Source of the DNA: Thalia democratica
Taxonomy: Eukaryota
Assembly: GCA_965202585.1 (NCBI GenBank)
Contig: OZ241831.1
Span: forward strand, 33,604,001 to 33,668,000
Length of the DNA stretch: 64,000 nt
Direction of reading: 5' to 3'
Below are positions 27,290-38,355 of the stretch, one piece after another. The notes under the pieces were generated by a model. The model did no database searches. It saw only the letters and a program-made list of their open reading frames with translations, and was not told where the DNA came from. A program made the translations under genes and the position numbers. Position 1 is the stretch's first letter; each line of letters starts with the position of its first letter.

Positions 27290-27800
27290 AACTAAACAGG
27301 GTTGCCAATTTACCTAGAAACCTAAAAAAACCTGAAATTAGACAATTAAGGCAACAAAAAGTCTGGAATTTTTAACATTTTAACATATTAAGTAGTAAAA
27401 TTTCGATTTGACACTAAAATACTATTATTTAGATAAAAACATAGATCCCTTCGAGGCATATCTTTTTGAAGTAAACGACTTACAGAAAACCTTCTTAGAC
27501 TTATAAACAGACCTTGAACTTAAAGTAAATTTTTCCAAAGAATGATATAAAAGCTTTTTGACTTAACAAAAACTAAGGCAAAAGTATCAAATTATTTTGA
27601 GGAATTTAGATTATTGTTTATAGCTTTTCCGTCTAGCTATGTTGTTGAGAAAGCTTTCAGTTCAGTTATCAACATCTTGAGCAAAAGATCTAATCTAGAT
27701 ACTTGTAAAGAAGGTGACTTGAGGCTTTATTTTACTAATTGAGAGTCAGATTAGAAAAACATGCAAGCATTTATGAACCTCATCCTTCACATTATATTAG
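27290..27800 (+). mobile_element. Duplicated hAT transposase C-terminal remnant
   Basis: LFIAFPSSYVVEKAFSSVINILSKRSNLDTCKEGDLRLYFTN translated by eye, matching the 36.8 kb copy. Confidence 0.6.
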
Positions 27801-29848
27801 ACTTCAGTAGCAGACAGTATTTTATGAAAGTTTTTTCTACTTTGTCTGATCTTTTAAAATATTTTTTACTTAACCTGGCTTGTATCGTATTTGACTAATC
27901 TTTTCATAATAACACGCACTTATCAAGTTATTTATTCTACAAAAGTTTGCATAATGCCTAATAAACATTAACTATGGTAGACTCACTCTTGAGTTCGCAC
28001 TTTTTATCCAAAAAAAGTGCAAATTTATATTTTCTTAAATTAAACTTTAATAAAGTCTATTACTAAACACGTATTACTAAAAAAAGTAAAATATTATTTT
28101 AGATAGCTTATATAGGTCTATTTTTTTAATAAATGTTTGTTTTATGTTTTAGTGGATTTCATGCTTATTCATAACATTATCGCATATAGAATATTGAAGT
28201 TTGTCATTTTGTAAAAAAAAAAGATTTTAGTTCTAAGTTTGTACTTTTTAATTTTGTTCAAAGTGCGAAATCAAGCGGAAGTCTACTGTATCTATTAAAT
28301 GGTTTATGTTTTAAAGTTGTTAGTAGTTTTATTTTGACCTGATTAATTTTGTAGTTTATATTTGTCGTTTTATATTACACTGAAAGTTTTTCATAGCATA
28401 GTGATTAAAACATTTGTTTGAAAGACATTTATTTGACAGATTTCTGTTATTACTTGTTTAATCTGTATAAATTAACAAAAAAAAATGATAACCATTTAAG
28501 TTTTTATTTCAAAAAAGATTTTTTTGGTTTTAAAAGAGTATAGATTTGTGGTCTCCATTTGAAATGACTTCAAGTTTTTCATGTAAAAAGTTTTTAAACT
28601 CAATTTTATTTTCTAACTTGATTTATTATTGTTGAAAAATCTATATCTTAAGGAATTTTAAACTATTAATTTAACTGTGTCTTTTTGTTTTATCTTAATT
28701 CAAAATATATTAGCAATTAGAATGTGTTGTTTATTTTAATAGTTCAACACTAGCTTTTAATTTTCCACTATTTTTCTTTGTTAAAATATTATAGGCTAAC
28801 AGCTAGAAGTTTTTTTTTTAAGTAGATGTAAATAAGCCATCAAAAAGACTGCTACAGTTACAAAACATAATTTTTACATAATAAAAAATTATTTTTATTT
28901 GATTACTTTTTGTTCACAGAATTAATTATAAAACATTTGATTTTTTTTGAATATAAATTAAGAAAAATAAATTGATAGAAATAAGGTTTAGATTCCTAAA
29001 TGTTATTCAAAGTCAAATACTATTTCATGGAGTTCTACTACGAAACGTATAGTTTTTAAAGTTTAAAATTGAATTTTTAACTTTACAACTAACTTGCTTA
29101 TAATATATCTCCGCATAAGAATTAATAATTTACTGCATTAACTGAAGCTGTTGATGAAACCACTTTTCAAGTGAGATAATCAACCAGTTAGTCAAACTTC
29201 CTCAAATTAGATCAGAAATTATGTTTTAATATTTATTTTATTATGTGTAAAATTCACTGTTCATTCTTTTATAGTTTTTTAATCTCTGGAATAGTAATTT
29301 TAGAATACTTCTTTTTATAAAATAATTCAAGTATTTTTTTCGGCTCAAACAATTGTTACCAAAATAGATTTATTGAACCTTAAAGTTTATGTTTTATGTA
29401 AACTGTATAATAATAGAAATAGAATGCTACCCTTAAATTTAAAGACAGTTCTAATGTTTTTTTTCAAATAGATAAACTGTTCATATAACTTAAATGTAGT
29501 TGATTAAAAAAATACATCTAAACATTTTTGTTAAAATCAAAATTCTAATATAATAGTTATGAACACCTTACCTTTTTATTTTAATTAAACAACAGTAGAG
29601 TTCAAAAAAGAAGATTAAGTTATGTCTTATGACTCAATTAATCGAAATTTCGATAGTTCATCAATGCTTAAAATATTTTGATATAAAAGTTACCTTTTAC
29701 AATTCTCATTATAAAAACGTTATTCTAAAATATATAAAGAAACAATTTATGACTTACGTTCTTGAGTTTTATTTTTACTCAAAATTATTCATGGTTTTTA
29801 TAGTAGCTGTGAAATAATTAAATTAAGACTTTGACAAATTTATTCTAG

Positions 29849-29956
29849 CTGGAGAAGTTGTCATTAGAAAACAGTCAGTTATCCACAAAATTAGATGAAA
29901 TGCAACATTTATGTGATGAATTTATGAGAATGGATTCTCGATTTTGTCTTTCTTGA
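29849..29956 (+). other. Orphan exon-like segment (35 codons, coiled-coil-like); copies at 39303-39410 and 55140-55247
   Basis: After TTTATTCTAG it reads LEKLSLENSQLSTKLDEMQHLCDEFMRMDSRFCLS*. Open in all three copies. Less AT-skewed than the flanks. Confidence 0.35.
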
Positions 29957-30019
29957 TAAGTGCGTACTTAAGGCGTGGTGCGTACCAAAAAAAGTGCGTA
30001 CTTAAGCGGTAGTATACTG
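29957..30019. mobile_element. Solo Tc1/pogo-like transposon end; copies at 39411-39473 and 55248-55310
   Basis: Three GTGCGTAC motifs ending GCGGTAGTATACTG|TA. The reverse complement CAGTATACTACCGCTTAAGTACGC resembles the 50.2 kb MITE TIR. It abuts the TA of the kelch-unit sequence TAGTAGAAAAC. Confidence 0.6.
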
Positions 30020-30164
30020 TAGTAGAAAACTAACTTTCAATTATCAGTATTTCATCTAGATCGACACAATTCTTCAGAGCCACTTGAAGTTGTTTATATA
30101 AAAAAAAGTATAATTAAAGTAAAAATGATCCTATGAAAATTGTACACATTTATTTAACTAACAG

Positions 30165-30852
30165 AAAAGAAGAGTTTGCAGAAATTAGAAACAATAGGTT
30201 TTATTAAGGTTGGTAAAATGCTTAACTCTGAAGATTTGAGAAAAGATGGTAAAGGCATGGTTGCAATATTATTCAACGTGCAGAATTCCCAATGCTTTTT
30301 TTAAGTATCAAGACTGTTCAATCTACCACGTTTTCAAACATGTGCAATTAAGTGCATTGAAAGATGGTTTTGTTATTTAGTAGCCAACAAAAGTCACTTC
30401 GATTTAAGTTTTGACTCGTTCATAAAATTTTTATCAAGCTCAGAACTGGAAATAACATCAGAAATGGAACTTGTAGTTGCTGTTGATAGCTGGATTAAGC
30501 ATAATCACAAGCGAAGAGGTAAATTTGCCAAGGAACTGATTAAACGAATTCGTCTACCATTGTTGTCAAAAGCTTGCTTAGAAAATTTATTAACAGATTA
30601 CAACTCGCTTTCAAATTGCGCAGACAGTAAAACGTATATAAATAATGCAATTGATAACAAATCAGTAGATACATATGACCCGAGTTCTATTGGTTACCAA
30701 GCTCGGTATTGCAACCAGGAAAATTTTGAGATAATTTCTAATATAGGAACTAGTTTGTACAAACTTGATAATAGAAAGTCTTCCGACGCAAGTAAAAGAT
30801 TTTTAAGCTTTTTAGAACTTCATTCTAGTATTTATAAATGCGTATTTATCGA
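30165..30852 (+). pseudogene. G8: plus-strand exon-2 fragment (exon 1 deleted)
   Basis: Acceptor CTAACAG at 30158-30164, then BACK sequence (track ORF 30464-30904). Has the LCFF* stop. Cut at 30852 by an inverted PLE fragment. Confidence 0.85.
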
Positions 30853-31490
30853 ATATTTTCATTATCATAAATATTTAAATTACCATTACAGCTTATATCT
30901 TTAATGTTTAAAGTTTTTATACGTTTCACATTATTGTTACCATAACAAAAATTACCACTATTAGGATTATCATCATTACTACCGTTATTATCACTAATAT
31001 TAAAATTATTATTTTTATTGTTACTGTTATTATTAATATGATTAGAATAATTAGAAATATTATGTATATCTAAGTTATTACTAATTTTATTACTAGAATT
31101 AATATTTGTATTAGCTTTGTAATGTCTATTTTCAAAGTTTGAAATTACTGTTTAGTTGTGCGATTGTATTAAAGTTTTAACATTACTTATGCAACTATAA
31201 GAAATTTCAACTGTCTTTCTATTAAAGATTTTATTATAAAAGTGGTTATCGGGGAAGTGTTTATCGACTAGCTTTAAAAATTCTTTACCTAAGTTTGTAT
31301 TAACTGAAGAGCAGTATGGAGGATTATACCACATTATATTTCGGTTACGCGGATTTTTGCGTTTTTTATCTACATCTAATTTTTCATACTTTAATTTACA
31401 TTTAAAACCTCGATTTTTTAATTCAGTTTCGTACGGTGCTTTTATTTCGTTAAATATCCTTTCATTCGAAGAGAGGGGACTTAAACGTTT
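30853..31490 (-). mobile_element. PLE-C fragment (RT thumb/linker with Asn-rich extension), inverted
   Basis: KRLSPLSSNERIF..WYNPPYCSSVNTNLGKEF..SYSC..SHN* followed by an Asn-rich frame. The same sequence is on + at 26757-27030 and 35611-36015. Confidence 0.8.
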
Positions 31491-32052
31491 TTCAGATATA
31501 TTTAGACCTTTTAATGTAAATAAGTACCATTTTACTACAAGACAAACAAATTTTTTCATTATAAACTTTATTAAAAATTTAAGCGCTTTCGGAATATCCA
31601 AATTCCCTTATCAAAATGCTACACACTCCCTAGTTAAACAAACACAAAATAATAGAGTGAAATTATATCATTTGTAAAAATCACAAATAATCAAAACGAC
31701 AAGTAATTAACAAAAATGGATTTTTATAAACAATTAAGACAAAATGGATTATTTAAATATATTAATAGTTACTCTTGATCCTCTATCAAGACCAGGCTGA
31801 TTATTTAAATTTTGCTGGAGTTTTTAAAATAGTAGAGCTTCTGAAGATAAGAATTTATATATCCACTTTTGTTAATTACTTGTCGTTTTAATTATTTGTG
31901 ATTTTTACAAATGATATAATTTCACTCTATTTATTTTGTGTTGTTTAACTAGGGAGTGTGTAGCATTTTGATAAGGGAATTTGGATATTCCGAAAAAGCT
32001 TAAGTTTTTAATTAAGTTTATAATGAAAAAATTTTGTTTATCTTGTAGTAAA

Positions 32053-33980
32053 ATGGTACTTAATTACATTAAAATGTCTAAATATATCTGAATTATACAA
32101 GAAAACTGCAAGTATGACCGATGTTAAGGAAATTAGAAAAACTGATGATAAAGACAAGTATGAGAAAAATGGATATTAAATATTTAAAAAAGTGCGAAGA
32201 ATTAGACTTAATTCCTGAATTTTTGAAGTTCAAGCCACCAAATTTTAACGTTTATGAAAACGTGCACAGAACACTAATAAACCTTGCTTGGAATAAAAAC
32301 ATTAGGTGCCTAAATATGGACAAAGGAAACGGAGTTGTCATAATGAACACAAAAAATTACAATGATAAAATGAATGAGATTCTAGAAGATGGCAGTAAGT
32401 TTAAAAAACTTACTTTGATCCAAACTCAAACAACGACAGCAGAGCACCTTGGTACTTAAAAGAAAAAAAATTATATACAGACTTGTATACAAATACATTA
32501 TACCATTAGTCACTGACAAAGTGTACTATAATTAAATAACAAAAGGAACACAACCTGGAAAAATGTATGGTTTTGCTAAAAACCATAAAACTAATTGTCC
32601 CCTCTGACCAGTACACTCGGCAATAAATACCCCAAAATACGCCTATGTAAATGGGTAGAGATAGAACTTAAACCATCCTTCAAAAGTGACTGGATTATGT
32701 ACTCAAGCTTTGAGTTTGTTGAAAAATTGAAAGAATACCGACCATTGAACACAGACATTTGTGTCACATTTCATATCAAGAGTTTGTACACCAATGTCCC
32801 GTTGGAGGAGACTATTAGTAAAGTTACGAAAGTAGTATACATAGACAATTCTAGTTCAATATTTGCTCGATCAAAAATAACTCCAAAGTATTTAAAAACC
32901 CTCTAAGAGCATGCTCACAAAGCATCTTTATGTTCAATGGGACCATATATCAACAAGCAAACGGTTTATCAATAAGCTCACCTCTTGCCCCTTTACTGGC
33001 CAACTGGTTTGTCAGTCAATTAGAGACAGAACTGCTTAACAAAACTGCAAGGCCTAAAATGTACTGCAGATATGTTGACGACATTTTCTGCATTTTCCAA
33101 AATAAAGAACAAATACATCAGTTTGATGAAAAACTCAACAATATGCATAAAGACATGAAATTTGTAATCCAGACTTGCCAAGAAGGTAAACTACGATACC
33201 TCGATACACAGGTGACAATAAAAAACAACAAGTTTATAACATCATTATTCAGAAAGCCAACAAGCACGGGCGTGCTCATTAATTTTAACTCGTGTGTACC
33301 GCAGTCGTGAAAAAAAGTTTAGTAAAAAACCTGAATCACAGAATCGAAAATGTCGTTACAGATGATCTACAAAATGACGAGTGGCAAAAGGTAAAAGAGC
33401 TGTTGATGAAAAACTCATTTCCGGCCAAGTTTATCGATGAACAAATGCAAAAGGAAGACAACTTTGAGACGGAATTAATTGAAAACAAAAATGATAAGAA
33501 ACACTACATTACAATACCATATGTTAAAAAGACGTCAGAGAAACTCGCCAGGAACATAAAAGCAGTATTTGAAAGCATCGGGGTAATAGTACGTATTGAT
33601 TATAGATCAGAAAAAGTAGAGAAATATTTCTCACTAAAGGATTCAATAAGTCGCTTGTATCAAAGTTGTATTGTCTATAAATTTACGTGTCCAGGTGATC
33701 TGAACAACCAGTACATTGGTGAGACAGAAAGACAACTTTTTGTAAGAATTAAAGAACATGTGACTCCAACCAACAGTGCGGTATTTAAACGTATTGAAAA
33801 TTGTCTACTTTGTACTAGTTGTAATAACATTTATAATTGTTTTGAAGTTATTAAAACGTGCAGTTTGTATAATGAATTATTATCTTCAGGAGCTCTACTA
33901 ATTAAAAAACTCCAACAAATTTAAATAATCAGTTCGGTCCTGATAAAATATCAAAAGTAACTATTAATATATCTAAATAA
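32053..33980 (+). pseudogene. Disrupted PLE reverse transcriptase / GIY-YIG endonuclease ORF
   Basis: Broken across track ORFs 32121-32459, 32595-32906, 32930-33310 and 33292-33924 by stops, frameshifts and deletions. Confidence 0.9.
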
Positions 33981-34110
33981 TCCATTTTGTCTTAATTGTT
34001 TTTAAAAATCCATTTTTGTTAATTACTTGTCGTTTTAATTAGTTGTGTTTTTTAAAAATGATATAATTTCACTCTATTTATTTTGTGTTTGTTTAACTAG
34101 GGAGTGTATA

Positions 34111-34156
34111 GCATTTTGATAAGGGATTTTGGATATTCCGAAAGCGCTTAAGTTTT
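34111..34156 (+). ncRNA. Hammerhead-like motif (U3-A8 core variant) in PLE-A pLTR; further copies at 31963-32008 (+) and 31575-31619 (-)
   Basis: UUGAUAA-GGGA(..)UUCC-GAAA-GCGC-UUA with palindromic AAGCGCUU stem III. Stem I is only ~3 bp. Confidence 0.4.
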
Positions 34157-34169
34157 TAATAAAGTTTAA

Positions 34170-35610
34170 ACGTTTTTGTGTCATTACCGGAAAACATTTT
34201 TTTACATGATAAGGGTGGTCAGAATTAATATTAATAAAGTTCAAAAAAACATAAGACGATGGATAACTAAAAAAATACAATAATGCAACAAACTAAAATT
34301 AAATTCCAATTAAATTAGAAAATTAAGCCACCTGAAGATTATCAAGAAAAACCTACCCAAAATGATTGAGAAAAGACTAAATAGACTGTCCACAGACCTA
34401 AGAACCTTTGATAATGCAAAGCATAGCTACCAAATTGCACTGCTCCAATCCAACTTCAAACACAAACTTGAATTTAAAAACAAAACCAACCCTGTTGACA
34501 AGAAGAAACATAAACGAACAAGAAGAATTATGTACGTTAATCCCCCATACTGCCAGTCAGTTAAAACTAACATTGGGAGGAAATTCTTTGATCTAATTGA
34601 CAAACATTTTAAAACAGAGAGCATGAAAAAGATCTTCAACGGAAGTAATTGCAAAACATCATACTGTTGTATGGAAATTGTCAAATCATTAATAAGTAGC
34701 CACAATAAGAAGATACTAAGTAAACTGAATCATAAGAACAACCAGGAGGATAAAACATGCAACTGCCGTGACAAAGACTCCTGCCCCTTAAGTGGCAAAT
34801 GTTTGCAGGGGAATGTTGTTTATAAGGCGACGATTGCCAGTCAGATCGAAACAAAGGAATATATAGGATCCACGGAGGCCAGTTCAAAAAGAGATGGTAT
34901 GCACACATTAGTGACATTAAGAATGAAAATAACAAGGGAACAGAGCTTTCCAAGTACATTTGGAGATTAAAAAACAATAACACTTGCTACAATTTAAGGT
35001 GGAGCATAATGCATAAGACTAGAGAAATAAAGAATATAGGTAAACTCTGTAAGACTTGCAACTTGCAAAAAATAGAAATAGCACTTGCTAATAAGAAACG
35101 AATTTTAAACAAAAGACAAGAGCTCTTCTACACCTGCCCGCACTTTAGGAAATTTTATTTTAAAACTTAGCGTATTTAACTCTTTTATCATATATTTCTA
35201 TTTTTGTTATTACTTGTACCCTTATTTGTAAGCGCCATTTTGTTTTGTGTTGTTATAAGCTAAATCTAAATCTGTATAGAACAAATAAGCTATTGTAAGT
35301 ATAAATCATATTTAAAAATTAAAAATCATTTTCATTATTATTGTTTTTAATTTTGTTAATTAATTATCCAGTAATAACACTTTACATTTTTTAATTTTCT
35401 AATTTAATTTGAATATAATTATAATTTCTTGCATTATTGTATTTTTTAGTTATCCATCGTCTTATGTTTATTTTATTTCGCAGGCCTGAAGATCCCTTAG
35501 GGGTGAAACATTGTTGCCTTTGTGAATAAATAAATTTAAAAATTAACTTTGGCTCCAAAACTAAAATTGTCGAGACCTGTTATGCCTAAGGAATAATCCT
35601 TGCATATAAA
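34170..35610 (+). mobile_element. 5'-truncated Penelope-like element PLE-B (CxC-linker, probably Naiad-type) with inverted pLTR piece
   Basis: NPPYCQSVKTNIGRKF, TCNCRDKDSCPLSGKC, VVYKATI..EYIGST. After a frameshift near 34875 the frame continues FKKRWYAH..CKTC..LNKRQELFYTCPHFRKFYFKT* (stop 35168-35170). Part of 34170-34325 (about 34250-34325) is an inverted copy of its 3' UTR (about 35390-35470). Clade is inference. Confidence 0.85.
35478..35525 (+). ncRNA. Type I minimal hammerhead ribozyme in PLE-B 3' pLTR
   Basis: AGGC-CUGAAGA-UCCC(UUA)GGGG-U-GAAA-C(AUU)G-UU-GCCU. Stem I is AGGC/GCCU extended by UCGC/GUGA. Predicted cut after 35515 (GUU). Followed by AATAAA. PLE-hammerhead association is established. 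Activity is untested. Confidence 0.75.
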
Positions 35611-36015
35611 ATTTTTAATAGAAAGACAGTTAAAATTTCTTATAGTTGCATGAGTAATGTTAAAACTTTAATACAATCGCACAACTAAACAGTAATTTCA
35701 AACTTTAAAAATAGACATATCATAGCTAATACAAATAATAATTCTAGCAATAAAATTAGTAATAACGTAGATATACATAATATTTCTAATTATTCTAATC
35801 ATATTAATAATAACAGTAACAATAAAAATAATAATTTTAATATTAGTGATAATAACGGTAGTAATGATGATAATCCTAATAGTGGTAATTTCAATGGTAA
35901 CAATAATGTAAAACATATTAAAACTTTAAACATTAAAATTATAAGCTGTAATGATAGTTTAAATATTAATGATAATGAAAATATTCATATCAATAGTACT
36001 AATAATAGTGTAGAT
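35611..36015 (+). mobile_element. PLE-C fragment with Asn-rich linker
   Basis: [51 protein letters not shown]. The frame stays open ~105 codons past the stop, until it is interrupted by CAGGGTTTCCC at 36016. Confidence 0.75.
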
Positions 36016-36985
36016 CAGGGTTTCCCAAAGTAGGCGATAATTTGTAAGGGGGCGAAAGGATGGGCGATAACTATTAAGGGGGCGAAAAGGGGGCGATTTT
36101 AAAATTTTGGGCTGTCTTTAAATTTTTACTATAGTCTTGATATTTTACTAATTTTAGCTTGTTATTTAAATATTTGACCCTGAGGTAAAACTTAAACAAA
36201 TAAGTTTGTTTTGTTTATGTAAAATATAGAAAAAAAATAAAGTGCTTATGACTCCTACTTTTAAGTAAGTTTCATATTTTCATCATATATTTTCTTATAT
36301 AACATTTACATAGATCATCGACGATCGAAATCCCTCTCACCATTTTAAAACCTGACATATATGTTATTTGGGATCATAAATGGTTTGTAAAAATCTATGT
36401 TATCTATTATTAACTATCATATCATGATATATTCAATTAGTTTTTGATAAGTCACTAATTTAGACTAAGAAATAAAACTAAACAGGGTAGCCAATTTACC
36501 TAGAAACCTAAAAAAACCTGGAATTAGACAATTTAGGCAACAAAAAGTCTGGAATTTTTAACATTTTAACATATTAAGTAGTAAAATTTCAATTTGACAC
36601 TAAAATACTATTATTTAGATAAAAACATAGATCCCTTCGAAGCATATCTTTTTGAAGTAAACGACTTACAGAAAACCTTCTTAGACTTATAAACAGACCT
36701 TGAACTTAAAGTAAATTTTTCCAAAGAATGATATAAAAGCTTTTGGACTTAACAAAAACTAAGGCAAAAGTATCAAATTATTTTGAGGAATTTAGATTAT
36801 TGTTTATAGCTTTTCCATCTAGCTAAGTTGTTGAGAAAGCTTTCAGTTCAGTTATCAACATCTTGAGCAAAAGATCTAATCTAGATATTTGTAAAGAAGG
36901 TGACTTGAGGCTTTATTTTACTAATTGAGAGTCAGATTAGAAAAACATGCAAGCATTTATGAACCTCATCCTTCACATTATATTA
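36016..36985 (+). mobile_element. Decayed hAT (Buster/Charlie-type) DNA transposon
   Basis: Terminus-like CAGGGTTTCCCAAA with GGGGGCGA subterminal repeats. C-terminal transposase remnant LFIAFPSS.VVEKAFSSVINILSK..GDLRLYFTN..PHPSH near 36790-36980. The duplicate at ~27290-27800 lacks the left end. Confidence 0.65.
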
Positions 36986-38099
36986 GACTTCAGTAGCAGA
37001 CAGTATTTTTTGAAAGTTTTTTCTACTTTGTCTGATCTTTTAAAATATCTTTTACTTAACCTGGTTTGTATCGTATTTGACTAATCTTTTCATCATAACA
37101 CGCACTTATCAAGTTATTTATTCTACAAGAAGTTTGCATAATGCCTAATAAACATTAACTATGGTAGACTCACTCTAAAGTTCGCACTTTTTATCCAAAA
37201 AAAGTGCAAATTTATATTTTCTTAAATTAAACTTTAATAAAGTCTATTACTAAATACGTATTACTAAAAAAAGTAAAATATAATTTTAGATAGCTTATAT
37301 AGATCTATTTTTTTAATGAATGTTTGTTTTATGTTTTAGTGGATTTCATGCTTATTCATAACATTATTGCATATAGAATATTGAAGTTTGTCATTTTGTA
37401 AAAAAAAAAAGATTTTAGTTCTAAGTTTGTACTTTTTAATTTTGTTCAAAGTGCGAAATCAAGCGGAAGTCTACTGTATTAATTAAATGGTTTATGTTTT
37501 AAAGTTGTTAGTAGTTTTATTTTGACCTGGTTAGTTTTGTAGTTTATATTTGTCGTTTTACATTACACTTAAAGTTTTTTATAGCATAGTGATTAAAACA
37601 TTTGTTTGAAAGACATTTATTTGACAGATTTCTGTTATTACTTGTTTAATCTGTATAAATTAAAAAAAAAATTGATAATCATTTAAGTTTTTATTTCAGA
37701 AAAGATTTTTTTTGTTTTAAAAGAGTATAGATTTGAGGTCTCTATTTGAAATGACTTCAAGTTTTTCATGTAAAAAGTTTTTAAACTCAATTTTATTTTC
37801 TAACTTGATTTATTATTGTTGAAAAATCTCTATTTTAAGGAATTTTAAACTATTAATTTAACTGTGTCTTTTTGTTTTATCTTAATTCAAAATATATTAG
37901 CAATTAGAATGTGTTGTTTATTTTAATAGTCAAACACTAGCTTTTAATTTTTCACTATTTTTCTTTGTTAAAATATTATAGGCTAACAGCTAGAAATTTT
38001 TTTTTCAAGTAGAATTAAATAAGCCATCAAAAAGACTGCTACAGTTAGAAAACATAATTTTTACCTAATAAAAAGTTTTTTTTTTTTTGATTACTTTTT

Positions 38100-38355
38100 A
38101 AATACCAATTCAGTAAGAAACACATTCTACGTTTAAAATTTATTCGCATGACGACGTTTCGACTTTCAATAAGTAATTATCAACAAATTACTGTGCAAAA
38201 ATAAATAAAATTAGTGATAAACAACTAAGTATACAAAAAAATTTTTCTAAGTGATACATTATATAAAAATTTTATAAATTAAGATTATAAACTCTAATAA
38301 AATAACATTTTACATAAGCACTAACAAGTTTTTTTTTTTTTTTTTTTTTTTTTTT
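38100..38355 (-). mobile_element. ~250-bp insertion with target duplication and long T-run; contains a hammerhead-like relic
   Basis: Absent from paralog S1 (single GATTACTTTTT at 28901). Flanked here by two T-run+GATTACTTTTT copies. The minus strand reads UUGAUAA-U-UACUU(AUUGA)AAGUC-GAAA-CG-UC. Confidence 0.6.

Larger units (their letters stand above)
26300..30852 (+). repeat. Segmental duplication S1, paralog of 35153-40306
   Basis: Colinear from AAAACTTAGCGTATTTAACTC through PLE tail, hAT relic, orphan exon, transposon end and kelch fragment. S1 lacks ~35882-36222 and the 38.1 kb insertion. Confidence 0.92.
31491..34168 (+). mobile_element. Penelope-like element PLE-A (Penelope/Poseidon-type) with inverted 5' pLTR and direct pLTRs
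   Basis: Inverted pLTR at 31491-31857, direct partial pLTR at ~31860-32090, 3' pLTR at ~33880-34168. RT motifs KSLYTNVP, GLSISSPLAPLLANWF, YCRYVDDIF. GIY-YIG VYKFTC..YIGETERQLFVRIKEH. Clade assignment is inference. Confidence 0.9.

Noticed and set aside
29629-29817. 62-65 aa ORF MTQLIEISIV... (also 54918-55115)
   Set aside because: AT-rich, no recognisable motif, interrupted in the 39.1-kb paralog. Probably intronic or intergenic.
26300-30852. PLE-mediated 3' transduction (retrocopy) of segment S1
   Set aside because: S1 starts at the PLE ORF end, but it keeps intron sequence before G8 and has no poly(A) or TSD. DNA-level duplication is the simpler explanation.
35698-35916. Minus-strand I/T-rich 72-aa ORF
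   Set aside because: Antisense reading of the AAT-rich Asn tract of PLE-C.
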